This document shows, piece after piece, positions 9,525 through 19,560 of a stretch of DNA of 61,314 nt. The position numbers were made by a program, and so were the translations under genes. The first letter of the stretch is position 1; each line of letters begins with the position of its first letter. This DNA is from a virus. Lineage: Duplodnaviria; Caudoviricetes. The stretch spans positions 1-61,314 of IMG/VR virus record IMGVR_UViG_3300025288_000022; one strand, given 5' to 3'. The notes below the pieces were generated by a model, which did no database searches, was not told the origin of the DNA, and saw only the letters and a list, made by a program, of their open reading frames with translations.

Positions 9525-10280
9525 ATGTCTGCTTTAATTCATCGTGTAGCCAGTCGGTCACTGGCAGGCCAAGCCCCCAGTGAGACCATTTCTACGCTGG
9601 TGTCCAAGATCAATTCGAGCTTTGGTCCGGATTGGGAGGTCTTCAAAGAGGAAGTCAAGGACCTTCTCCATGAGTATCGGGATGGGGCGGGGATCCAGGG
9701 CCCTCCGGGATCCCTTTTGCGGTCCATTAGCGTTGCTGCAGAGGGTGGCCGGGTACCCAAGGTTCCCAATGCCAAGGAGTTGTACTACCCTTGGTACCGC
9801 GCTCGAGAGATTGAGCTTGAGCGGGCTAGAGAGCAGGCCTATCTGGCCTCAACGGTGGCTGTACAGATGTGGGCTAAGGACAAGTGGAGCAAGTCTGTTC
9901 GCATCCCGAAAGAGGATGCACAGGTTCCATGGAAGCCAGGGCATTTGTTGGTTACCACCAACACCATCATGCAGGGCCACGGTTTTGATAGCTCCAGTGG
10001 GGCCTCCTTCAATGTGCGGTCTTTGGTTATTGGGGCAGAGGTTCCTAAGGGAACGGTGGTGGGTAAGCGTCTCCTGGGGGGGGAGACCCAATACTTGGTG
10101 AAGCCCCGTGGCGGACCTAAGGAAAAGGCATACATGGCCGCAATGAGGTTGAAGGCTATCCTGGGTCTCTTGCGGGGATCTGTGGATATGATGCCTGAGA
10201 AGCAACGGGAGAGTCTGATTGCTGAAAGGGACAAGCTTCAACCCTTGGTGGAGAATGCAAAGCTGGGTCCCTTGGTATAA
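9525..10280 (+). CDS. Hypothetical protein with N-terminal RVASR motif
   Basis: SD AGGAGG; 251 aa. Confidence 0.75.
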   Translation: MSALIHRVASRSLAGQAPSETISTLVSKINSSFGPDWEVFKEEVKDLLHEYRDGAGIQGPPGSLLRSISVAAEGGRVPKVPNAKELYYPWYRAREIELERAREQAYLASTVAVQMWAKDKWSKSVRIPKEDAQVPWKPGHLLVTTNTIMQGHGFDSSSGASFNVRSLVIGAEVPKGTVVGKRLLGGETQYLVKPRGGPKEKAYMAAMRLKAILGLLRGSVDMMPEKQRESLIAERDKLQPLVENAKLGPLV

Positions 10281-10334
10281 TGGTGTCCTCCCTATACTTC
10301 GTGGTAGGGAGGACCAATAGGTTCTGGGGGCTTT

Positions 10335-11792
10335 TTGGCTAAAGACACCACACCCGTTTCCCTCGCTGTCAACATTGCTGCAGGGCTCAATCCAGAGGAT
10401 TGGGTTGGAGGGTACCGGGAGCTGAAGAAGGGTCTTGGTCTTTCTGAGCATGTTGCAAGGAAGGTCAGCAAGCTCCTGAAGGAACGCTCTGGCATTCCTG
10501 CCAAGAGAGCCGCACCCTCCCCTCTTGTGGATGTTGTCCCAGAGATGGGGGGCGGAGGCTCCTACATGGAGATGCCAGATGGCAGGTACATCTTCGAATG
10601 GGAAGACCGAGGTGTCCAAAGGTCTTTGGTTATCTCCGAAGCTGAGCTGAAGAGTCTCATTCTGGCCTACACCAAGGATGGAGACAATCAGACCATGCAG
10701 GTGACCGCCACGAAGCATGGGTTGACTCGTAGGGACTTCCACAAGGTTAAGACCATCTATGGGGCCACCAAGGACCATGAGCCCTTTACGCTCAAAGAGC
10801 TTGTGGAACGTCCTGTAGCAGACTTGGCAGATGAGCACCTTGCGCTCAAGCGACGTCACCTGATGCAGACTGTGGAGAAGGAGGACTATCGTCGTGTCCA
10901 AGAGGATGCGAGGAAGTGGATTGCCTTCAGCCAAGGTGTCCTCGATCCGTTGGCGGATATGGTGGAGTCTTTGGTGGGGGCTCGCCCCTCCCCTGAACGT
11001 CCAAATCTTTCTTGGACCCCTAGGTCCGGGTATATCACTCTGTACCAGGGTTCGGATCTCCACTTTGGGCTCACTGTAGAAGGTGGCCAGTACAACCGCC
11101 AAATGGCCAAGGAGCGGTACGCTTCAGGCTTGTGGCAGGCTGTGGAGCATGGTCGTCAGTCCTATGGTGACCCCGACTACATTCTCCTCTACATTGGAGG
11201 CGATGTGGCCCATGTGGACAACATGCAGGGAGCCACTTCCTCCATGCGTCACACACAGGATATGGATGGCACCCCTGATACCATAATCCAAGGCATTGCA
11301 GAGATGTACCTGGCAGAGGTGGATGCCCTTTTGGCACAGGGAGAGCGAATTCATGTCGCTTGTGTTCCTGGCAACCATGATGAGTTGATCTCCCGCGCCT
11401 GCGCTTCCATCTTGTGGGCAGCATACCGGAACAATGGGAATGTGTCCTTTGGTAACCTGACGGGTTACCATAGCTACGAAGTCTATGGCAAGAATGCCAT
11501 TGTAGGCCATCATGGCCATGGTGAGAAGACCGCACCGAGTCTTGGTGCGAACCTAGGGTCATGGTTGCGCAATGCAGGCTTGAGCGTTCCCTACCACTAT
11601 GCCATCACAGGGAATCTACACCACCTTGCGGCAAAGGAAGATGCGGGTTGTATTCTGATCCAGCAGCCCTCACCCGCACCTGCGGATAGATACCACACTA
11701 AGAATGGGTATGATAGCAGCCGAAGGGCTACAGTTGGTCTCTATTTTGGGAAGGAGGAGGGTCTTCTTTCCATTAGGTACATTGGTTTTTGA
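10335..11792 (+). CDS. Calcineurin-like metallophosphoesterase
   Basis: SDLH, GGD, GNHD, HGH and GNLHH motifs in canonical order; exact start uncertain. Confidence 0.85.
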   Translation: MAKDTTPVSLAVNIAAGLNPEDWVGGYRELKKGLGLSEHVARKVSKLLKERSGIPAKRAAPSPLVDVVPEMGGGGSYMEMPDGRYIFEWEDRGVQRSLVISEAELKSLILAYTKDGDNQTMQVTATKHGLTRRDFHKVKTIYGATKDHEPFTLKELVERPVADLADEHLALKRRHLMQTVEKEDYRRVQEDARKWIAFSQGVLDPLADMVESLVGARPSPERPNLSWTPRSGYITLYQGSDLHFGLTVEGGQYNRQMAKERYASGLWQAVEHGRQSYGDPDYILLYIGGDVAHVDNMQGATSSMRHTQDMDGTPDTIIQGIAEMYLAEVDALLAQGERIHVACVPGNHDELISRACASILWAAYRNNGNVSFGNLTGYHSYEVYGKNAIVGHHGHGEKTAPSLGANLGSWLRNAGLSVPYHYAITGNLHHLAAKEDAGCILIQQPSPAPADRYHTKNGYDSSRRATVGLYFGKEEGLLSIRYIGF

Positions 11793-11864
11793 GTTTGACA
11801 CCAACCCCTCCTTCCCCTCCTTTGAGGTTGCTGGAGGGGGTTGGTGTCCTCAAAGGAGGTTCAC

Positions 11865-12662
11865 ATGGCGAAGACCGCGAGCTTGGTATTTTTCTACATG
11901 GGGGAGAAGTCCTACCTGAAGCAACTGGCTCAGGAGTCGGTCCCTCTGCACAAAGCCATGGAGGGGTATGACCACACAGTGCTTCTCCACCACACGATTG
12001 AGGCTGGTCCTTTTGAACTATCTGCACAAGCTAGGAAGATGGCTTCAGTTGAGGACATTCCTACGAAGGAGAACTTCGTTCGAGAGCTTCAGCGTCTAGG
12101 CAAGGAGGGGTATACCGTTGACCTCTTCATCTTCTCCCATGGGTCACCGGATGTATGGTTGGTCAGCAAGGGCACCTATGGCCAGAATGCCTTCATCCAT
12201 GCCAATTACATTTTGGACAATGTCGACCCTCTTGATCTGCGCATTGTTTGGCAGTGCAACTGCTATGGTTCCACCCTCAATAGGGTGTGGAGCCGCTTGG
12301 GGGCCAAAGCTTCTGCGGGAAGTCGTTATGTCAACTTCTACCCTACTCGGTTCAATGGATTCATCAACCGGTGGCAGAAGGGTGAGCCTTTTGGCAGGGC
12401 TGTGGCAGACTCTGACACGGCGTGGTTGCATTTCCCCGTACAGTTCTATATCATGACGGACGCTGTATCTAGGCTCAAGGAATGGGGAGGGGCTGTGTAT
12501 CAGGTTCCCTTCATCCTGAACCACACCCATGCCTCAACGGACTACTTCAGGACCTGTTGGTTTTCAGACAGTGAATGGCAGATCGAGTTATCCGGCAGGC
12601 AGAACATGTCCTATAGCTCTGAGATGATGGTAGATGGGGACCCTGCTGTTTGTCGCAGTTAG
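11865..12662 (+). CDS. Possible clan CD (caspase/gingipain-like) cysteine peptidase
   Basis: SD AAAGGAGG; hydrophobic strand-FSHG followed by strand-QCNCYG, matching the His/Cys dyad pattern. Confidence 0.5.
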   Translation: MAKTASLVFFYMGEKSYLKQLAQESVPLHKAMEGYDHTVLLHHTIEAGPFELSAQARKMASVEDIPTKENFVRELQRLGKEGYTVDLFIFSHGSPDVWLVSKGTYGQNAFIHANYILDNVDPLDLRIVWQCNCYGSTLNRVWSRLGAKASAGSRYVNFYPTRFNGFINRWQKGEPFGRAVADSDTAWLHFPVQFYIMTDAVSRLKEWGGAVYQVPFILNHTHASTDYFRTCWFSDSEWQIELSGRQNMSYSSEMMVDGDPAVCRS

Positions 12663-12828
12663 GTGTCTCACCCTCCCTTGTAGATGTAGCTCATATCCTT
12701 GTTGTCTTCAACAAGACGGATGGAGCAGTTCTCTGGGTTTGGTTCCTGTTGAGTTGAACATTTCTTGTTCTAGCGTGTGGCGGTCCTTGCTGAGCATGGT
12801 GTCTCCTATGCTTCTCCTACGTTTCCAT

Positions 12829-13329
12829 CTACGGTTCTGAAACCTTGAAATGACACCTCAGCACAGTGAGCATGTCTGTCAGGGTGTGGGTGGGGGCCTC
12901 ATGGGGGGATACACCGGTGGAGCCCTGCCAGAACCCCTGACAAGTCGGACATTCGCGCCAGCCTTGAATCAGGGTGGTCGTTTGAGCCTGATGGGTACAA
13001 GGCACCCCTTGGAGCCGGGGGAGCTTGGCTAGGAGCTTGGCCTGTTGGTTGGGGGCAGTAGCTCCACAGGTCGAGCAGATCAGCATCTTGCCTCGTCCCT
13101 TGTAGGTGGGGGCGTAGCAACAGCGTGCATTCTCAGGGTCTGGTGTAGGGAGGGGGCTAGGACAACCTTCACGTTCACGGGTCATGCACTGGGGCTTGGG
13201 CTGTGCATGGTAGCTCGTGTACCCTCGCCCGAGGACAAAGGTTCCCTTGTCCTCACCAACCCACATGCACTCCCGCATCCAGCATTTGCTAGGGTCACAG
13301 CAGGCGACATTGAATCGGGTTGCAAGCAT
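12829..13329 (-). CDS. Cys-rich hypothetical protein
   Basis: Several CxxC motifs; SD AAGGA; promoter motif at 13381-13406. Confidence 0.65.
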   Translation of the reverse strand: MLATRFNVACCDPSKCWMRECMWVGEDKGTFVLGRGYTSYHAQPKPQCMTREREGCPSPLPTPDPENARCCYAPTYKGRGKMLICSTCGATAPNQQAKLLAKLPRLQGVPCTHQAQTTTLIQGWRECPTCQGFWQGSTGVSPHEAPTHTLTDMLTVLRCHFKVSEP

Positions 13330-13380
13330 CTGTTTTGTCCTTCAATAGGGTCACTTGTGTAAGGGGAGTCTCCCCCTTAC

Positions 13381-13473
13381 TACGCACAACCCATGCCAAA
13401 TGAAACTTTAGGGGCTCCAAAAAACTTAGGTGTTTCAAAACATAGGTGTTTCAAAAACAGAGCAATCAGCGTA
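13381..13473. promoter_or_regulatory. Divergent pair of GTTTCA-N14-(T/A)GCGTA promoters
   Basis: Minus copy 13381-13406 and plus copy 13448-13473, each pointing at an adjacent gene. Confidence 0.7.
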
Positions 13474-13505
13474 CTAGATGTGCAAGTACAAAGGAGTACA
13501 ACACC

Positions 13506-13730
13506 ATGGCTGACCGCAATGACACTCGCTACACGGATTCACAAGCCCCATGCAAGATGGTTGCATGGGCAGGCCCAGATCTGACCCTAGATATGGGGGG
13601 GTGGTCCGGTGAGGACCCCACTGAGTTCCTAGAGGCGATTGAGGACGAGGCTCGTGTCTGCTTGGGTGAGCCTCTTGCCTGTATCCGCATCGTGGACGTG
13701 AGTACCAATCAGACGCTACTTGAGAAGTAG
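13506..13730 (+). CDS. Small hypothetical protein
   Basis: SD AAAGGAG; downstream of the plus-strand promoter motif. Confidence 0.7.
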   Translation: MADRNDTRYTDSQAPCKMVAWAGPDLTLDMGGWSGEDPTEFLEAIEDEARVCLGEPLACIRIVDVSTNQTLLEK

Positions 13731-14384
13731 CTTCCCACCAAGGGGCTTCAAGTCTAGAGCTTTTGCTAGCTCCCCATCTGCTTTTCGCACCATCCTCCCT
13801 GCCTGGCGAACCCCATTGTAGAGTGTGAAGGGGTCCTTTCTCTCTCTCTTGGGGCGGGGGATGATGGAAACATCAAAGCCCAACAGAGCACTCAGCTCAG
13901 TCACGAGGTTGTCTGTGCTGATGAGAGCCATGCTGTCCCCATAGGTCTGTAGGATTGTCTCCGTGTAGAGGCCTTCACTGCCTGAAGGCCAATCCCAAAA
14001 AGGATCCGTCAGAGTCCTTGGGGTGTTCCCCCATATGGATACATCCGTAGCCCCTACTAGGAATGCATGGAAGCGTCGGTCCCCTTTACCTAGGTGTCGG
14101 ATCAGCATTTGACCCTCTTGACTCTCCAGTAGAACCATCCAAAGGTTGGCATACCAACTCCAAGGATCACGAACCGTGCCAAATAGTCTGCGGTTGTCCT
14201 GCCACTCAAAAGGGATGTCGTAGAGGCTAGGGTAGTTGGAGGTGGGCGTTGGCACTCCTCCAGCAAGGAGGAGGATCTGGGTCACCCATGCCTCTTCGGT
14301 TTCAAACATGGGGAGGTACAAGAGATTGCTTGTGGCGACAGGCATACAAAACTCGCTATGTGGAGGCACATAATACCGAGGCAA
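13716..14384 (-). CDS. Sulfotransferase family-like protein
   Basis: FGTVRDPWSWYAN resembles the 3'-phosphate-binding VRDP motif; the 5'-PSB loop is not clearly seen. Confidence 0.4.
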   Translation of the reverse strand: MPRYYVPPHSEFCMPVATSNLLYLPMFETEEAWVTQILLLAGGVPTPTSNYPSLYDIPFEWQDNRRLFGTVRDPWSWYANLWMVLLESQEGQMLIRHLGKGDRRFHAFLVGATDVSIWGNTPRTLTDPFWDWPSGSEGLYTETILQTYGDSMALISTDNLVTELSALLGFDVSIIPRPKRERKDPFTLYNGVRQAGRMVRKADGELAKALDLKPLGGKLLLK

Positions 14385-14387
14385 AGG

Positions 14388-14421
14388 AAAAGGCCACCTA
14401 GGGTTGCCCCTAGGTGGCCTT
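14388..14421 (-). terminator. Intrinsic terminator
   Basis: AAGGCCACCTAGGG/CCCTAGGTGGCCTT stem with U-tract on the minus strand. Confidence 0.75.
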
Positions 14422-14440
14422 GAGAGTGGAAGATCTTACT

Positions 14441-14629
14441 TTAGCCGTTGTGGCTTCCCCTTGTGCTCCATGCACGTTGGGTGACCCAAGCACATCCGTC
14501 CCAAACCATCCCGTCCCATTCATCCCCTACTTGAGGGCTGGATGGGGGGCTGCCCGAAGGGAGGCGCTCATCCAGAGCGGTTCGTTCTACTCGTGTGGAT
14601 AGTCCAACGCTTGTCTTCATGAAAGCCAT
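14441..14629 (-). CDS. Small hypothetical protein (GDEWDGMVWDG)
   Basis: SD AGGAG upstream, terminator downstream. Confidence 0.65.
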   Translation of the reverse strand: MAFMKTSVGLSTRVERTALDERLPSGSPPSSPQVGDEWDGMVWDGCAWVTQRAWSTRGSHNG

Positions 14630-14674
14630 GGTGTGACTCCTATACTCAGGGTGCTCAGCATAGTCGGATTATTG

Positions 14675-15319
14675 TCAAATCCGACGTAGGGAGCGAAGAA
14701 ACTTCTGGTTTGTTTGAGTCTCTTGTTGGATGCGTTCCACGACTTTCCAAGTGGGCTGGTATTCAGCCCAATCCAGATCGATGACAACTGTGTAGCGGGC
14801 CATTTCTTCAACGAACTCTTCATAGCCCTTGTGGAGCTTCTGGAGGTATTCTAGGGGGAGCCCTGCCTCTGCATCCCGGCTACGGAGGTTGATGCGCTCT
14901 AGGGCCTTCTCCGGCGAAACATTGAGGTATAGGATGACATCGGGGTAGCGTAGGAACCCCTGCATGACGTGGAAGTGGCTGATGTAGGTTTCCCAGTCAC
15001 GCGCATCAAGGGTTCCCTCTTCATAATGCATACGCGCGAAAATCGTATCCTCATAGATGGAGCGATCAAGGATCGCAGGCTTCCCACCCCAGACAATCTC
15101 TTGGTGTGCTTTGAAGCGTTGTGCGAGGAAGAACATCTGCATAGGGAAGGACCAACGAGCTTGGTCCTTGTAGAAGTCTTCCAGGTAGGGGTTGGACGCC
15201 ACAGGCTCAAAGCGCGCAGTGTAGCCCAAGGCATCCGCAAGCTGTGTGGTGAGGGTGGTTTTCCCTGCTCCGATTAGGCCGGAGACCACGATGAAGGGTG
15301 CGCGCTTCTGAATGTCCAT
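14675..15319 (-). CDS. Deoxynucleoside kinase
   Basis: P-loop GLIGAGKTT, EP motif, DRSIYED, RINLRSR lid; SD GAGGA before ATG 15319. Confidence 0.92.
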   Translation of the reverse strand: MDIQKRAPFIVVSGLIGAGKTTLTTQLADALGYTARFEPVASNPYLEDFYKDQARWSFPMQMFFLAQRFKAHQEIVWGGKPAILDRSIYEDTIFARMHYEEGTLDARDWETYISHFHVMQGFLRYPDVILYLNVSPEKALERINLRSRDAEAGLPLEYLQKLHKGYEEFVEEMARYTVVIDLDWAEYQPTWKVVERIQQETQTNQKFLRSLRRI

Positions 15320-15366
15320 TTGTGTCCTCTCTGGGGGGGACACATAGCCTACCCCGGTTTGTCTTC

Positions 15367-15924
15367 TTAGGGAAGTGTGGCAGGGAGTATTCTTCGTGTG
15401 ATTTCCTCAATGGAGTCTGTAAAGGAAATCGAACCTCTGCTGGTTTGGTTTGTACCTTCCCTTTGAAAGAAGATACGCTTCTTCACCCAGTCCACATGGA
15501 AGTGGTAGGTGTTCGGTTGCAATTCAAACCAGAAGTCTGTGGGTTTGTTGCCCTCAGAAATTGTAGTCCACTCTCGTTGGATTGGGCTGTGGCAGGCTTC
15601 TGCTAGGTATTGTGCAAGGCTGTGAATGAACGTGGAAGCTGCGAGGAACATTTGATCCTCAAGCGATGTGACAGAATCAAGCATTCGTGGTCCACTCCAT
15701 TTACATTTCAGCGGGTATAGGAAATGTACAGGGGTGCCAATGGCTTTGGGACACAACATGAAGGCCTTTCTGTCTAGCATTGAGGCTGAGCCGGGGGTGT
15801 GGTCTGCCACCCTCTTGGCTAGAGACTTTAATGTAAAGCCCTCATCCGCCCGAAGGACGTTGAGGGCTTTACATAGTCTAGGGCTGGCACACCGTAGGTC
15901 TGTTGCGTGTGCTTGCTGTGGCAC
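15367..15924 (-). CDS. Hypothetical protein, possible N-terminal HTH
   Basis: 185-aa ORF tiling between same-strand neighbours. Confidence 0.55.
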   Translation of the reverse strand: MPQQAHATDLRCASPRLCKALNVLRADEGFTLKSLAKRVADHTPGSASMLDRKAFMLCPKAIGTPVHFLYPLKCKWSGPRMLDSVTSLEDQMFLAASTFIHSLAQYLAEACHSPIQREWTTISEGNKPTDFWFELQPNTYHFHVDWVKKRIFFQREGTNQTSRGSISFTDSIEEITRRILPATLP

Positions 15925-15948
15925 CGCTGTAGACTTCTGGTGGCCGGG

Positions 15949-16810
15949 TCACTCCTTGTAGTAGTTGACTCGATTGCCATCGGGGTATTCCACCACGACA
16001 CAAGAGAAGGTGGTGTGTTTGTCATGGGCATCGCACTGCTCAAGCACCAAGCGGGCCTTAGAAAGGAAGGCCAAGCGAGCAGCCTCAGATGCAGCCTTTT
16101 CCTGAAGAAGCTCTTCCTGTTCTTCCTTTGCTGCTTGGATCACCCGCTCCAGTTCATTGATGCGCTGAATGAGGGTGGCTTGTGGGTCATGGGTTAGCGG
16201 CATGGGCATGGGTACAGGCTCCGGGATGTCTTTGGTAAGCGGTTCTTCCAAGAAGAGGTCAGACAAGTCTTCTGCAAGGGGGGTGTTGGGGATGACTGGC
16301 CAATCCTGCTCTTCAAGGATCAACTTGAGGGAGGTGGCCTTTGGAAGGGCTTCTCTCTTCCATCGGCATTGTGAAGCAAGGAAGAAATAGAGGAAGGGTC
16401 CGGCAATGAGAAAGGGCCTGCTCTTCCCTCCTAGAAGGGCCTGGATGTCTGGTACCAAGGTGTCAGATTCAATGGCCTCATGCAACACCCTAGGATCGTA
16501 GTCACATGCAACTTTCCACCAAGACTTAATCACACCAGGCGATAGGTGGAGGAGATCTTCAATATCCCTTGCAAGATACAAGGGAACCACGTCACCTCGC
16601 CTTGTCTTGCGGATGTTGACGCCTCTCAATTTTGCTTCATCATAAGCTTCAAAGCCACTGGGGTAACCAACGGCAACAGGGGTGGGGCCCTTGTCGCGTA
16701 GCTTCCAGCAGGTGTTGACCACAGCACGGACAGGTGGGGCCTGCTTCCCCTTGCCCATGTAGATGTAGAGTAGAGAGGCTTCCTTGGAGGTGAGGCTTTC
16801 TTTTGACATA
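15949..16810 (-). CDS. Hypothetical protein with C-terminal coiled coil
   Basis: SD AAGGAG before MSKES; GTTTAA-N14-GGGGTA promoter variant at 16830-16855. Confidence 0.7.
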
Positions 16811-16912
16811 TGTTCTCCTTGCGGTCTTTTACCCCAACTATGGTTGGTTTTAAACCTCACGGAGCAAAGTACGTTAGCCTCCCTATAGCGGGGAGAAGAT
16901 AGGAGTCTACCC

Positions 16913-17509
16913 TTGCCCAAGAACACACTCATCGCCCATGTCATCCGGTTGGCGCATGCAGACAAGTCCTTGCGGAAGGATTTGCTGCGTGTTGCTTTAT
17001 CCACGGGTGCGTTGTCTCCTCAGCAACGTCGGATTGTTGCTTTTGGTTCCACTTCAGTGGTTCAGCAGGCACCTATCATCATCCAGCAACCTCCTATCAT
17101 TGTGCAACAGGAGGCCCAAGCCCCCTCTCCAATGGCAATGCCTGCCCCCATGCCCTTCTTCGGGTTCCCCACGACCCCTCCGCCAATGGCTCCGGCCATT
17201 GCCCCCATTCCTGCAGTGGGGGGCCCTACCCCCTCCTTTGGGGGGATGCTGGTGACAGAGAAGACACAACGAGGGTTTAAGTCAGATCTGCTCCCTGAGT
17301 TGGACCGTAGGGTCCAGATGGGGGGGGTGGTGGGGGTGGTGGCTGCAAACATGGTCGAAGAGGTTAAATCCGCTTTTCTATCAAAAAATGCCCTCTACAA
17401 CGTCCTAATCCAACACCAGTCCGCTTTTGAGGGGGACTCTGAGTACCTGCAAAGCATTCTCCAGCTCATTCAGGTGTGGGCTTCAGGTCCCACGAATAGG
17501 GGAGCCTAA
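16913..17509 (+). CDS. Pro-rich hypothetical protein with leader VIRLAHADKSLRKDLL
   Basis: SD AGGAG, TTG start, CCTATA upstream. Confidence 0.7.
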   Translation: MPKNTLIAHVIRLAHADKSLRKDLLRVALSTGALSPQQRRIVAFGSTSVVQQAPIIIQQPPIIVQQEAQAPSPMAMPAPMPFFGFPTTPPPMAPAIAPIPAVGGPTPSFGGMLVTEKTQRGFKSDLLPELDRRVQMGGVVGVVAANMVEEVKSAFLSKNALYNVLIQHQSAFEGDSEYLQSILQLIQVWASGPTNRGA

Positions 17510-17511
17510 GC

Positions 17512-18795
17512 ATGGCCCAGGAAGGGCTACTCCTCCGTGTGGCCCATACGGGGAAAGCGGCTGGTTCGATCCACCTGTCCGATATTACGGACGGTGTGGA
17601 TGTTCTGACTTCCTTCCGCAAGGCTGGTGCAATTTACGTCCCCCACCCCTCAAATGGTGGGGAGTCTGTTCTCATCTATACTGGGTCTGTGGCGATCTCC
17701 CATGGTTCTGGGGCAATCCGTAAGTTCGTGGATGCGGGTTATCTAACGGTCGAGTTTGTGGCGGGTGCTGGATTTGCTGCGCTCCTTCCATCCGTGCTTG
17801 ACGAGGGTGCTCTCCTTTCCACGACACCGACCACAATTAACTTTGTGGGCGCAGGTGTAACAGCAACCTCGGTTGCTGATGCGATTACTGTCACGATTCC
17901 AGGAGGGGGTGGTTCGGATCACGCCACTTTATCTAGTCTGGGTTGGGCGGTGTCAGGGCATACCGGAACAGCTTCCAGCGTGGCAGGGTTTGATGGTGCG
18001 GGGGCTACTCGAACCTATCTTGTGGGTTCAGATCTGCAGGGGTGGGATGCAGATCTAGATGCTCTGTCTGCTTTGGCAACCTTGGGGATGGTTGCTAGAA
18101 CAGGTGCTGGAACCTATGGCACATGGACGCTCCTGGGCACTGCAGGCAACATTGTCATCACCAATGGCGATGGGGTTAGTGGTGCGCCTACATTTAACGT
18201 GGGCCCCAATGTGATCACCACAAGCACCGTGCTCACCGGGGATGTGTCTGGAACACTCCCCGGTTTGCTATCTGTGGTGGATCTGACGATTGCAGGGGAA
18301 GCACAGGGCTCGCTTCTTTACTTCAATGGCACAAATTGGGTTTCATTGACACCCAGCACTGTGGGGTTGGTGCTAACCACTCAGGGTGTTGGGGCTAACC
18401 CTGAGTGGTCTAGTGCTGGCTCTTCCTCTTTGTTGTGGGGAGCTTCCACTGTTGGGACTACCACTACCACCCGTTACTTGGCTCCGGGATCAGATGTGGG
18501 TTTGGCAGAAACCGTGTCAAATCAGTTTCGCGTGGTTCGCGGGGGCACAATACGAAGCCTGTATGTAAGACACAACACACCCGCCGGAAACGGTCTGCCC
18601 ATTGTCTATACCTTGAGGGTGAACAATGTGGCCACAACACTGACAGTTAGCTTGGCCTCCACAGGCTCGGATGTTAGTGATCTTGTTCATTCGGTTGTGG
18701 TGGCAGCAGGAGACCTGTTGGATTTTGAGGTGACAAAGGCTGCAGTTGTTGAGACCTCTCCCACTAACGTTGTGGCAATGGTAGAGTTCGTCTGA
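17512..18795 (+). CDS. Fibre-like virion protein
   Basis: G/T/V/A-rich; QGWDADLDALSALATLG and GSLLYFNGTNW fibre-type motifs. Confidence 0.7.
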   Translation: MAQEGLLLRVAHTGKAAGSIHLSDITDGVDVLTSFRKAGAIYVPHPSNGGESVLIYTGSVAISHGSGAIRKFVDAGYLTVEFVAGAGFAALLPSVLDEGALLSTTPTTINFVGAGVTATSVADAITVTIPGGGGSDHATLSSLGWAVSGHTGTASSVAGFDGAGATRTYLVGSDLQGWDADLDALSALATLGMVARTGAGTYGTWTLLGTAGNIVITNGDGVSGAPTFNVGPNVITTSTVLTGDVSGTLPGLLSVVDLTIAGEAQGSLLYFNGTNWVSLTPSTVGLVLTTQGVGANPEWSSAGSSSLLWGASTVGTTTTTRYLAPGSDVGLAETVSNQFRVVRGGTIRSLYVRHNTPAGNGLPIVYTLRVNNVATTLTVSLASTGSDVSDLVHSVVVAAGDLLDFEVTKAAVVETSPTNVVAMVEFV

Positions 18796-19490
18796 TGGCA
18801 ACAAAGACGTACCTCTACCGAGCTTCTGGTGTGACCTCAGCGGATCTGATCCCTCTGCTTGCACCTACAGCCACACCCATTGTAGGTGTGGCTCTCAATG
18901 ATGCGCTAATACCTATTTCCATAGATGAATTGGACAAGCCGGACTTGGATGATGCTATGGCATCATTGCAGTACGATTTTGTTGCAGAGTACACGGATCC
19001 CGCACCTATGGTCTCCCGGACAGACTTTGGTGTTCGAACCTCGGATCCTACAGGGATTGTCCCCAACGCAGGAGACTACTATTACAATTCTGCGCTCCAA
19101 ATGGAGATGCGGTATGACGATTTCAGAAGCAAGTGGCTTTCCATTGAGACTTCCGAATTCCAGTTTGGTCGTGATGGTAACACCGCCCCTGGCCAGTATT
19201 ACCGCTCTTTGGATGGGCGTGTGATGTCTTCAACCTTGGGTTGGTTGGCGGTCCGCTCTGGGACCGTGGTGTCCTTTGGCTACACCAGATCCAATGTCAC
19301 AAATGCTACCTTTGATATCCATCGGAATGGTGTTTCTCTGGGTTCCGTGGTCTCGAGTGCGGTGAGTGGGAGGGACGTGGTGCTTAACGGAGATTTTAGC
19401 TTCGGGGAAGTTCTGTCCGTTCAAAATCTGATTGGCGGCAATGTGACAAGCAATGCTTTGGGTTGGGTTAGGGTGAAGTGGAGGCCTTAG
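18795..19490 (+). CDS. Fibre-associated virion protein with shared C-terminal domain
   Basis: GDYYYNSALQMEMRYD..RSKWLS...WVRVKWR domain shared with the next two genes. Confidence 0.7.
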   Translation: MATKTYLYRASGVTSADLIPLLAPTATPIVGVALNDALIPISIDELDKPDLDDAMASLQYDFVAEYTDPAPMVSRTDFGVRTSDPTGIVPNAGDYYYNSALQMEMRYDDFRSKWLSIETSEFQFGRDGNTAPGQYYRSLDGRVMSSTLGWLAVRSGTVVSFGYTRSNVTNATFDIHRNGVSLGSVVSSAVSGRDVVLNGDFSFGEVLSVQNLIGGNVTSNALGWVRVKWRP

Positions 19491-19560
19491 GCTTCCTATA
19501 CTTTAGCCCTCTATGAGATTGTCTCTGGTGCTGTTAACCATGCATACTTAGGGGTGCATC

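Noticed and set aside
9849-11102. Long antisense ORFs (also 638..1333, 35490..36377, 36537..37382, 54634..55683)
   Set aside because: They are shadows of well-supported plus-strand genes with biased codons and have no motifs of their own
12708-12797. 29-codon minus-strand ORF with SD and promoter motif as another attenuator leader
   Set aside because: No codon clustering or downstream terminator seen; probably a small gene or remnant
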